Source of the DNA: Squalus acanthias
Taxonomy: Eukaryota
Direction of reading: 5' to 3'
NCBI GenBank assembly: GCA_030390025.1
Contig: CM059432.1
Coordinates: 91,080,001 to 91,144,000 of the forward strand
Length of the DNA stretch: 64,000 nt
In this document: positions 39,261 to 50,449 of the stretch, in pieces
Position numbering within the stretch: the first letter of the stretch is position 1
How the letters are laid out: every line of letters begins with the position of its first letter
The notes under the pieces: generated by a model
Told to the model about the DNA's origin: nothing
What the model saw: only the letters and a program-made list of their open reading frames with translations
Databases searched by the model: none
Program-made: the position numbers and the translations under genes

Positions 39261-40690
39261 AATCTCTGCACAAAATGGTGTCAGCAAGAGCCTCTCCCTT
39301 CGGCAAGGAAGCAGGTGTAAGGTGTGATTATTTATATGCTTTTTTCAGCTGTCGCTTAATGAACTCGCACAATGGCTACTGAGCTTCTGCCTCCCCTGCA
39401 CAGGCGAGGTTCCCAAGGTGCGTGAATCCCGTGTGCAACCAGTTAAAGTCAAACCTTATGTTAAAAAGGCAGTTTAGGGTCTGTAAACGAGCAGTTAAGT
39501 ACCTCAATGAGGTCGCCCGCCTCTCCCGAGCGGGTCCGAAACGCGCCCGAGTTAAAGGCGGAAGTCGACGGGATGACGGCATGTTCCTGACGCGCTGTAA
39601 ATTGCCGCACTTTTAACCACTGACCCACCCCCAAACCTGCACACTCGCCAATGGGAAAATTCCGGCCATAGATTCTGAATGTTAAAATCTTTTACTCTCT
39701 ATTTTAATAAAGAATAAATTAACTGCCTGAATTTTTAAAGCATATTGCTTCTGCAATACTACTCTAACTAGATTTTCTAATCTGTGCACATGTTTGATAT
39801 GTATTTTTTCAGAACATGGTTAAGCAATTGAGTGCATTATTTGGGCTTGTCACTGAATTTATTAATAATAAGAACAGCAACTTGGATTTTTTAGTGTCCT
39901 TAATGTAGAAAACAGTCCCACTGGGTTTCACAGAGCTATAATCAAAAAAAAAAGGATGGTGAGCCATAAAAGGAGATAGTAGGAAGGGTGACCAAAAGGA
40001 TGCTCAGAGGTGGATTTTCAGGAGTATCTTAAGGAGATGGAGAGGTAGAAGAATTTAGGGAGTGAATTCCAAAGTGTGGGGCGTAGGCAACTGAAGGCAT
40101 GGCCGTCAATGGTCAGGTGAAAGGGGTAGGTGCGCAAGAGGCTGAAGTTTGAGGGACAGAGAAGTTGTGGGGTTGGAGGAGGTTACAGGTAGGGAGGGGA
40201 AAGATCTTGAAGGATTTAAAAATGAGAATCTGAATTTTAAATTTGAGGCATTGGGGGACCAGGAACAAGGACAGGAGTGACGAGTGAGCGGGACTTGGTA
40301 CAGGATAGGATATAGGCAGCAGAGTTTGGTTGAGCTGATGTTTATAGTGGGTGGAAGATGGAAAGACCGTCAGGAGAGCATTGGAATAGTCACGTCTGGA
40401 GGTAACAAAAGCATGGATGAGGGTTTCAACAGCAGATGGGCTGAGACAGGGTTGGAAATAGGCGATATTACTGAGGTGGAAGTAGGCATTCTTTGTGATG
40501 GAGATGATATGGGTTTAGAAGCTCAATGGGTTCAAATAGACGTCAAGATCGCAAACAGTCTGGTTCAACCTGGAACAGTGGCCAGTGAGGAGAATGGAAT
40601 TAGTGGCAAGGGTACAAAGTTTGTGGTGGGGACCAAAGACAATTGCTTTGGTCTTCCCAGTTTTTAAATGGAGGAAATTGTTGCTCATCA

Positions 40691-40986
40691 AAAATGTGCG
40701 GGTTAGGTTGATTTGGCTATGATAAGTTGACCCTTAGTGTTAGGGGGGATTAAATATGTGGGGTTACGGGGATAGGATGGGATATGTTAGGGGGAATTAA
40801 ATACGTGGGGTTACGGGGATAGGGTGGGATATGTGTCGGTGCAGGCTCGATGGGGATTCTGTGTGAGAAAGCAGGGACAGGGTACTGGATTTGGATGATC
40901 AGCCATGATCGTATTGAATGGTGGAGCAGGCTCGATGGGCCGAATGGCCTACTCCTGCTCCTAGTCTCTATGTTTCTATGTTTCTA
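40691..40986 (+). mobile_element. 5'-truncated HE1-like SINE
   Basis: Reverse complement of about 35122-35395. Ends with tatgtttc repeats. Confidence 0.88.
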
Positions 40987-41104
40987 AGATTGGATATCAG
41001 ATAAGCAGTCTTGCAGCACAGAGGCAGTGAAGAGGGAAGAGAGTTGGTTGAGAGGCAGAGCTGGGTATAATCAATGAACATGTGAAAGCTGACCCTATGT
41101 TTGC

Positions 41105-41222
41105 ATATAAAGAAAGAAAGACTTTTATATAGTGTTTTTCACAACCACCAGATGTCCCAAAGCACTTTACAGCCAATGAAGTACTTTTTGAAGTGTAGTC
41201 ACTGTTGTAATGTAGGAAATTT
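41105..41222 (-). mobile_element. Deu-SINE/L2-type tail fragment
   Basis: aaagaaagaaagac...gcactttacagccaatgaagtactttttgaagtgtagtcactgttgtaatgtagg. Confidence 0.75.
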
Positions 41223-42086
41223 GGGAGGCTCCAACACATTTGAGGATATGATGTCACCAGGGGCAGATGTAGATGAGGAAGAGGAGGGGGCCTGGGATAG
41301 ATCTTTGGGGGACTCTGGTAACTGTGTGGAAGCAGGAAGAAAAACCATTGCTGAAGATGCTCCGATTATAATTGATTGGGTAAGAATGGAACCACTGATC
41401 TGGACCACGCAGAAGAGGTGTTGGAGGACGATGGTGTGGTCTACTGTGCCAAAGGCTGCAGAGAGGTCAAGGAGACAAGAAGGGATAGTGCACTGTCATA
41501 AAGGATGTCATTTTTTATTTTGGTTGGGACCATTCTGGTGCAATGGAAGGGGTGAAACCTAATTCAAATATCGAGTTATGGGAAAGATGAGCACAGATTT
41601 GGGAGATTACAACACATTTGAGGAGAAGAGAGGAAGGTTGCAGCTGGGATGGTAATTTTGGATAGAAAGAGTGGTCAAGGATGGATTGTTTTGAGGAAAT
41701 TTTGATGCAATTTTGAAAGCGAGGGGGACTATACCTAAGGAGAGGGAATAATTTACAATGTGAACTAGAATGGGTGCTAGGAAGGGAAGTCGGGTAATCA
41801 GCAGTTTAGTAGGAATGAAGTTGAGGAAGCATGAGGTGGGTCTCATGGACAAGATGGGCTGGGCATGAGAAACAAAGAGATCAGGGGAGAAGGATTTAAG
41901 TAGAAGGTTGGTGGTGGAGAAAATAAACCGAGTTATCTTTGCTCTCCAGGATGATCCTGGAGTTGTGGGCAGTTTTGGCAGAGGAAAATGAGGTTTGAAA
42001 GCACTTGATGTGGTTCAGTCAGATATGGTGATGGATGGCTAAACCCATTGTGTGCCTGATGTACTCAAGTCTATGTCCCTTGGATT

Positions 42087-42637
42087 TTTTTAAAATTCAT
42101 TCATGGGATGTGGTCGTCGCTGGCAAGACCAGCATTTATTGCCCACCGCTAATTGCCCTTCAGAAGGTGGTGGTGAGCCGTCTTCTTGAACCGCTACAGC
42201 CTGTGTGGTGAAGGTACTTCCACAGTGCTGTTAGGGAGGGAGTTCCAGGATTTTGACCCAGCGACGATGAAGGAACGGCGATATAATCCAAGTCAGGATG
42301 GTGTGTGACTTGGAGGGGAATTTGGAAGTGGTGGTGTTCCCATGCACCTGCTGCCCTTGTCCTTCGAGGTGGTAGAGGTTGCGATTTTGGGAGGTGCTGC
42401 CGAAGAAGCCTTGGCGATTTGCTGCAGTGCATTTTGTAGATGGTACACACTGCAGCCACGGTGCGCCTGTGGTAGAGGGAATGAATGTTTAAGGTGGTGG
42501 ATGGGGTACCAATCAAGCGGGCTGCTTTGTCCTGGATGGTGTCGAGCTTCTTGCGTGTTGTTGGAGCTGCACTTAACCAGGCAAGTGGAGAGTATTCCAT
42601 CACACTCCTGACTCGTGCCTTGTAGATGGTGAAAAGG
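42087..42637 (-). mobile_element. 3' fragment of the same LINE family as 12682-15386
   Basis: MEYSPLAWLSAAPTT..LDTIQDKAARLIGTPST. Shared 3' UTR. Confidence 0.9.
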
Positions 42638-42793
42638 CAAAGAAGAGGTCCATACCAGGGGAATGACTGGAATGGGATAGAGTAAAGATTTTCCTGTGGA
42701 CAAGGACATTGAAGGTGGAGGTGAGGGAATGCTTGAGCAAATTAATGACTGCAGAAGCATTGCGGCACATGAGGGCCAAAGACTAGGCAGTTG

Positions 42794-44317
42794 GGTCTAG
42801 AAATTCATTATCGCCCAGGAATGGGCGGTATCTTTAGAAAAGTTTGAGAATTAGCGGCAGGCACTAATGTTTTAGACTGCACGCAAAATTCATTCTCACT
42901 GCTCAAAGAAATGATTGAGGTGCTAAATCAAGTCTTAAAGGCCTAGCTCAGTGGCGTTACATGCAAAGGGTGGACCGATTGGATGCAGTCTAATCTCAAC
43001 TCATCATTGCCACAGGCTTTTCCCAGTACTTAAAGGGGAGGTTCATTGATACTGCAGCACCTCATTCTCAGCATTGCTGGCTGTGCAACTGCCTCAGCAA
43101 GGAGAAGCACAACAAGGTGAAGGAGCCAGAGGACTGAAGCAGGTGTGCTCATGGCAGATCCACCTCAGTCGGGTGGTCCGGGTGATTGAATGCTTCAACA
43201 AATGCTACATACCACCATCTGTACCACAAACTTCACACACTGCCCAAAGCACTACACCCCCAGCGCTCACCCATCAACAATGTCTACCTACCAACATTCA
43301 CACCCACATCTCACGCCTTGCACACAATGACAGCTATTCAACTATGGCAGGCACAAGGCTCATTAGTTATTAGAATGAATGCGATATGTGAGATACGTTT
43401 ATGCATTAATTTATTAATGGAGTTTTCAATATTTTGTGGTCTCTCTCATGTCACCTTTGCACCCAGGAGGACGTTGTGATAGGGCATGACACAGAGATGG
43501 TGTGATGGGCATGTGGTGAGTCAAAGGGATCTGGGGTTTAAGTCATCCTGGTGTGAGGCTGGAGGTCTGTTTGGAGGAGCTGGCAGAGTTCTGTGACCAT
43601 CACCTTGGTGATGCGGAGCCGTCTAATACACTGCTCCTCACTTAATTGAAAGTAGGAGAGGTGCAGTCGGAATACCCTCGGAGGGTAAGGCCTCCTGGTG
43701 AGAGCCCTGGTGTCCCTCCTCATCCCTCTGCGTTCATGTTCCCATTTTTCTGGCTGCCTACGCTCCCTCCACCCTAGCTCCTAGAGGGCGAGGTGGCGCC
43801 AGTACAGCCCCCATTAATGTTGCCAAGTGCAGCAGTTTGAATCTTTGAACAATAAATGTAGGTACTTTGCACTTGCCAGAACACTGCTGATAAACAAGAA
43901 CCTTGAAATTACTCATATAAAGTGATCTACTAGCTGAAACTGACAAGAAACCACTGAAACTAACCTGCCCTGACAGCTGCAAATGATTAATGTGGATGCC
44001 TTTAAATAACGTCCATGGAGCTGGCGTCTTGCAGCTGTACGCCTCCTCTCCCTGTTGCTGTCTGGTCGAGGCATTAAGGTAGACGGCCAAAATAAATTTT
44101 GCAGATCGGGCGCCCAGTGAGCATTGCACGCTCACTGATGTCACGATCTGCCTGGCGTTGAAGTCCTCGGTGGTAGCTTGTACCGGCGGCGCAACGGGGG
44201 GGACCGGATTTGCCATGCATCGCTGGATCCGCCTTGCCCCGGCTCTACTGCATCAGCGCCCCGTTTGCGCCAACTGCTGGCGCTAACGGGAGGCGCTAAC
44301 CAACTGAATTTTTCCAC
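42794..44317. mobile_element. Internally deleted Harbinger related to H2
   Basis: Ends ggtctagaaattc ... gaatttttccac, probable TSD TTG. Minus-strand MGAVL and RRPYPPRVFR..LSEEQCIRRLR..VTELCQLLQ at 43538-43814. Confidence 0.78.
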
Positions 44318-45109
44318 TTGGAGTTTGAAAGTGCAGTTATGAATGGCATGAGGAAAGTTGTTTCCCCGGGTGGATGTAGTAGGAAATGGGGTTGGAAGCC
44401 GGTAATGGGATGCGGATGGTGAGTAATACGAGAAATTGGTCGGAGATGACCTTGTCTATGTTTGAGATGGTGGGAGTAGAGAGGCCATGGGAAATGGCAA
44501 GGTTGAAGGGTTGGTTGTGAATATCTGTAGCAGAGTCTATATGGAGGGAGGTATTTAGGGAGTTCAGTGAATTCATAAAAGGGAGGGCAATGGAGCTGAG
44601 ATGGATTGAAATCATCAAGGATAAGAAGTCGTTCAGTGCAAGAGGAAAGGAAGGAAGATACCTTGGGGAGAAACTCTGGGTGAGACTTAGCAGGGGCAGT
44701 AGATAATGAGGATGTTAAAGCAGAGGTGAGAGATGAGGAACAAGGTGAGGTGCACAAAGGAGGACAAGATGCCAGAGGAGTAGAGAGAGAGGACAAAGTA
44801 CAATTTGGTGATAAGGGCCACAATGCCACAATAGAGACTTGGGAAGGACAGGTAGTGGAATGTATGCTGGTGGGAGGCTTTTGAATCCTTAACAATATAT
44901 ATTTTTGATCTCTATTTTCATATCTTCACAAGTCACTACTTTAGATTTACATTAATAAAAACAGTTCAGACCTGGTCCTGGGTTATATTATTGAATCTAG
45001 TCCTGACGTGCAACCTGAAGAAGCTTCCCACTTAAGACCCATTTATAATTGACAGTTCTGCATTTGTCGAAGCAGCTGTACCTGCCTTAGTGGTTGTAAA
45101 ACTACTAGA

Positions 45110-45510
45110 AATAGAGGAAAACAAAAGGAAAAAATTGACTGAAATAGAGGAACAAACAAGGAAAGAGACAAGCTGTAAGTCAGAGATGCACAAAGGGAAA
45201 CACATACAAGTAGAAAGTGGAGACAGACATAGAGGTAAAGAACAGAAATGCAGATGGGCATAAAATGTAAACACAGGGGAAAGGGAATTATCAGACTCAC
45301 AGAAACTGAAAAACATGAAGAAACAAGAGATTGGCAGAAAGGTAGAGAACACATTGCATGTAGGAGACTGACATAAATAAGGAGACAACTACAAATAAAG
45401 AGGCTGAGGGACATAGAAATACAATGAAATGAAATGAAACTGATAGAAAAAGGCAACAGCAAAAGAGAGTACCAGGAAAGGGAGGAAGACATATCAGAAA
45501 TACAAAAGGG
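45110..45510 (+). repeat. A/G-rich low-complexity tract
   Basis: Base composition. The minus-strand ORFs here are F/S/L/C-rich artefacts. Confidence 0.6.
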
Positions 45511-47449
45511 CTGCAAAACTGGATTTCTCCACCATTATCCACAATGAACTTATTAGTTTCACTCGTATATCTGTGACAGACACCACCTGCTCTTCCCTGT
45601 GAATGGCAGTACTACATTTATTTTGATAACATTCAAATTGACTGTTTTTGAAATTAATTTGTGACTAGTGTTTCTGGTTATGGACATACGGACAGGTCAT
45701 TTATTAACTTCTAAAGTGTATAAGCATTGACAGGGTTCATTTACCTCGTTCTTTTGTTTGTGATCTGTGTTCACATTAAACAGCCCTTGAATTACAGTAT
45801 TTTGTATGTTCGAGTGAGATGCAATGAATGTCACAAGACATAGCACAGACTGCATCATGAAAAAATGCAAACCAAGCTCAGAATACCTTATGACAGAGAC
45901 AGTGTTATAACACAGGTTGGGGTGTATTTATTCCATAGTTCTAGTTCTCAAGTCTTCATTTATTAAATGGCAATCTTTTCTATGAAATGAGGCCTCTGCA
46001 GCAGTGATAATAAATGGCAAAAAAATCTGTTACTGCATCTAGAAAGAAAAAGAGAAAAGCAATCTTCTATCCTCTCTTTCTAATTTGTACTGAAATTCAC
46101 TCAGGTTATCCATATTGAGTCTTGAAACCAGCCTGTAAATGTGTGTCAGTGTATATTGGATTATGTTTTATGCTGACATTGGGTTATTTATTAAAAATTT
46201 ACAACTTTGATTCTCCTGGTTATTAAGCCTGGCTGAATCTTTCTGTGCTGCATCAGGGTAAGGGATAAATCTTCAAGAGTACGCAGCACTAATCTAAATA
46301 ACTCCCTTCAAAATAAAACTGCTTTTATGTTGGTGCTAAGAGACTGACATCTGTGAGCCAGTTTGGACTATTAAATCCGGCTCCCTTATCCCAGCAGCAG
46401 ACTAGTGGACCAAGTGTTTTGTAGGCCTATGAGTCTGCCACCTGGATAAGGGAGATGGATGTAGTTGTGTAAATGCCAGGGCTGGGTTGTGGAGCTTGTT
46501 CTGCTGGAATCCAAGCTCAACCTGCAGCGATATAAAGCAGCTACAATGCATAGGGACAGGATCAAATATTTCGGGATCAGATTTCTGGCCTATGCAACAT
46601 GTCTCCTCATCTGGACAACATTCTTGAGAAAATCGGGACTTCCCCCCCCTTCTCTATTGTAATAGTCTCCTGGACAACCACTGCCAAGCCTGCACAAATG
46701 CCACTCGGAGCCAGGAGATAGGAAATGTAGAAGAGAGGGCCAAAGTCAACTCTCCTGACTTGACCTCATTGCATCCGCCAATGTGGGGCGGTCAACACCA
46801 AAACCAATGTTAATGGGGCGGTACCGACCTCAAAATCGTGTTGGTAGATTTGTTGCTCTGTTAACAGGGATGCTTTGGCTGCCACCACCTTGAAAGAGGC
46901 CAATCCCTGGGCAGCTGCAGCGCCCACCTGAAACAGGCTGCAGGTCTCTTACCCATGCAAATCGGGGTCCTAATGACGTAGCTAGGACCCCGATTGCAAT
47001 GTTAAGGGACACGTGGACAGTGCATGCGTTCACTGGCATTGAGTGGCCTATGCAGCGGTTCTTAAACAGGAAACAGCCACAAACATTTTTCAAACTTGTA
47101 TTTTTGTAGAGCCAGAATGAGCAGGACTGCTTCTCCTCACTCCCCAGAAATACTGGGCCCGCTGCTGACCTCAGCCTACCCTTGCTTGGCGTCGCCTACC
47201 CCCCAGGACCTACCTGCAGCTGTTGCCAGTGTTCCAGTTGGCCAACATTCCTGTGGCCCAAAATGAGGCCTGGGCATCAAAATCGCAGCTGCATAACGGG
47301 CAGGTGGCTGGTTGGCCACCTATGTTAAAATCTACCCCAATAAGTTTCCACAGTAGCACAACTGACGTCAGGAACTCAGTTCTTGAAAGATCAAACTTGT
47401 ACCCTGTCTTTTACCTTGCCATTAAACACACAATCCTGCAACTCAAAAT

Positions 47450-48120
47450 TTTAAACAATGGCTGCCAATACTTCAAAACTCTTGCGGCAGAGTAGTGTCA
47501 ATCCGAATGATTGTAGTTAGTTCCTAAATTCAGCCATATTATTAAAAAGATTCCTTTGGTGATCAGTCCAATGTTTTTTCACTTCTATTAATAAGCTATA
47601 TAATAATTCATTCAGGGCTAAGAAAAGCACCTTTGTATTAGCCTTTGTACCCTAACTCTTCCAAGAAAATGAGGAGGCCTGAGGCTCCTTTTGCTAATTA
47701 CTACCTTTCTCTCTTGGTTATTAAATTGCTCAACTCAGATCTTAATCCTTTACTATAGAGACCAATAAAAGATGACGCGGCGTCACGCATTTCCATTTGA
47801 TTTTGTACCTATCCATTTATAGATGATCCATTTGCCTCTGAGAAAACCCTATTAGAGCATCTTCGAAGTAGCATCAATTTCAACTTGTATAAATCTCCTG
47901 TAACGGTGTTTGGTACAGCCCTGAATTATGGCTCGATAAGAAACCATGCAATTTCAAATCTTGAGGAGAAAAAGATATTAAACTCACTGAAGATCTATCT
48001 ATCTGTCCAGGGGGGAATTACTTCATTTTGACAAGCTATGCAGAGGTAGAAACTCAGTCCAGAGGAATTTTTCAGATACTTACAACTTCACCATTTATTA
48101 AATATACGATACATTATGAA
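47450..48120 (+). mobile_element. Decayed L1-type ORF2 C-terminal fragment
   Basis: ggaggcctgaggctcc..tactac (GGL.LP..YY-like) and tttttcagatacttacaacttcaccat (FFRYLQLHH). Confidence 0.5.
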
Positions 48121-48639
48121 GATCCGTGGAATATGACATATATCTCACAAGTGAACCGAACCGATAACTCATGACCAATGAAGTCATGAGTGAGTTATGA
48201 TTAGCACCACAGGGAAATAAATCATATCCTACTGCTCTTTATACGGTATTGTGCAGAAAAAAGTATTTACAGCAATGACTGAACAAGTATCCCTTTCCAG
48301 TGCTGGAAATGGACAAGTTTTAGTTTTGTTGTTTTGAAATTTCTGAAATTAGAGGCAAATTGAAACACAGGAGTACATTTTACATTTTTATTGCTTTGCT
48401 GTTAATCATTGCCTGGGTGCAATGCAGAGAGGAAAATTGAGTAGGGAGAATTGCTCACCTGTTATAGAATCCACCTAATTTTCCTTCCCTTTAAATCGGG
48501 CGGGTTCTGTATCAGGCATACAATCCTCTGTACAAAAGTAGAATACTGTGGATGCTGGAAATCTCAAATAAAAACAGAAAATGCTGGAAATACTCAGCAA
48601 GTCAGGCAGCATCTGTGGAGAGAGAAACAGAGTTGACAA

Positions 48640-48671
48640 AGTTCTGACGACAGGTCATCGACCTGAAATGT
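48640..48671 (+). ncRNA. Hammerhead ribozyme motif interrupted just after GAAA (remainder at 50450-50457)
   Basis: AGUU-CUGACGA-C-AGGUC-AUC-GACCU-GAAA, then cgttaact after the insertion. Confidence 0.7.
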
Positions 48672-50449
48672 GGGCTGCGATTTCGCCTACCGAGGCGGGT
48701 GCGGTGCGACCAGGGTCGGTGGCGGGGTGAGACCCCGCTGCTGGCAACAGCCCGCTCTGTGAAAAGAGTTTCAGATGATTGAGCTTGTTAAACCCGCCCA
48801 GTGCGTTTGCCGGCCAGGAAGCGGGTCTGATGATGTAATTTGATGATGCGACATCAGCCGGTTTCCTTAAAGGGACCATGCGCAAATTGATTTTGACAGT
48901 TCTGCTGTCAGTGTTCTCCAGCATTGAGGTGCTGCAAATACTGACAAGCACTGCACAGAGGTGCACGGCTGCACCCAGGCTCTCCCATGATTCCCTCCAT
49001 ATGCTTATGGAGGGAGTCACAGCACGTAGGGAGGTCCTCTTCCCTTCCCATGGGCGAAAGAGACCTCCCCAGGAGATCAACGCAGCCTGGTTGCACATTG
49101 CACAGGAGGACACAAGCAGGGATGTCGTCAGGAGGACCAGGCTGCAGTGGCGCAAACCTTTCATTGATCTCAGTAGATCACGAAATGTTACTGCAAAGCC
49201 ACACTCAACCTCATTCTGCTGTGCCACTCATCATATCTCCATCACTCTGCCTTCCCTACCCTACTCCTGCACATCCTTACTCACACCAGCTTACCTTGCA
49301 CCTCCACCCATCCCTCTCTATCTACATTATCACTTCCCCATCTCACTAGCCACCCCTCACACTCACCCTCATCCTAGTGCAATTATACCAACTAACAACA
49401 CACAAGGGTAGGCACTTGGCTGTTTTAGCCAATGTTCATGTGAAGTTTCTGGTAATGTGCTGTCAAACATTGAAATCTTTATTTTCAACACTTTGCATTC
49501 TTGGACAGATTTGTGTGCACCTATGGAAATGGCTTAGTGAGTTGCAGTGAATGATGAGACATAACGGTACCCCCCGCAATGGCGATGAGTGTGAAAGGAA
49601 TGGCTTGGGCATTGTAGGGATGCTTTATGGTATTGGTGTGGGGTGGTGTCAACCTGGCGCATCATGTGGCAGCCAGGGTGTACAGTCTCAAGTGAAGTAA
49701 ATCTGGCTATGGTGATGCCATCCCTGGCGTCCTGGGCAGCAATGTGGTCAGGTACTGATGCCCTGTTTCCTGTGCAACATCAGCTGATTGCGGAGAAGGT
49801 TGGTGTTGTTGTTGGTGCTGCTGGTCTGCCTGATTCTGCTGGTGTTGGGGCTTATCGTGTTGGGATTCTGAGGACCAAGGTGTAAACTGTACCCATTCTG
49901 ATGTAATAGATAGCAGGCGAAGGTGACACGACAGAATCAAATCTGTCAATGGTGAGAGAGGTTGTTCCAATGAGATAGCACTGGATAGAGAGTTGGCTCC
50001 AAACACTTGCAAGCTGCAGAAAGCTTCCAAAATGCAGGGAGCAACAGTTTCTGAGCTTGGACAGTGAACAGCTGTGAGATGGGAGCTTTTATACAACTTT
50101 TGCAGCTGTCAGGTAATCAGATAATTCAATGCTGAATCCACTCACGACATGCTGAGCTGATGTGATCCCCAAGCAGCGGGGAAGTCGTGGGGGAACATGT
50201 AAAATTGAAAGGTAAGCTTAAAATACTATTTAAGTGCCTCTTAACAATCTCTCTGATGATCTAAATTGCCTCCCCGCTGCTTGGTATCAGGTCTGTTCAG
50301 CGATGACAGACCCAACATCTGGGAAACTAGTGTGGAGGCGGCTTGGCAGCGGGTTCCTTAACCGCTGTCAAAAAAAAAAAATTCCCACCCGACCCACCAC
50401 CAAACGTGCCCGCTGACCCCCCGAAAGATTCCCCCCACCCCCCGCATCC
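48672..50449 (+). mobile_element. Non-autonomous Myb-only Harbinger derivative, family A copy 2
   Basis: Starts gggctgcgatttcgcc. Colinear with the reverse complement of 7397-9172. The right end is imprecise. Confidence 0.85.
48878..49411 (+). CDS. Myb/SANT-like ORF, homolog of 8446-9027; coding status unproven
   Basis: 177-aa open frame aligning without gaps to the 193-aa ORF, both ending TNNTQG*. Confidence 0.45.
   Translation: MRKLILTVLLSVFSSIEVLQILTSTAQRCTAAPRLSHDSLHMLMEGVTARREVLFPSHGRKRPPQEINAAWLHIAQEDTSRDVVRRTRLQWRKPFIDLSRSRNVTAKPHSTSFCCATHHISITLPSLPYSCTSLLTPAYLAPPPIPLYLHYHFPISLATPHTHPHPSAIIPTNNTQG

Larger units (their letters stand above)
34581..39667. mobile_element. Full-length PIF/Harbinger transposon H1 (Myb gene on plus, nuclease on minus, convergent), carrying nested SINE and CR1 insertions
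   Basis: TIR ggccggaat / attccggcc. TSD ATA (34578-34580, 39668-39670). Both genes are recognisable. Confidence 0.93.
39868..44870 (-). mobile_element. Old L2 LINE (EN to 3' end) fragmented by at least four younger insertions
   Basis: Tail at about 39870. RT remnants at 40300-41850. EN remnants LLILDDFN / ISDQF at 44330-44700. Confidence 0.7.

Noticed and set aside
45032..45542. Hydrophobic minus-strand ORFs
   Set aside because: Translations of a low-complexity purine tract.
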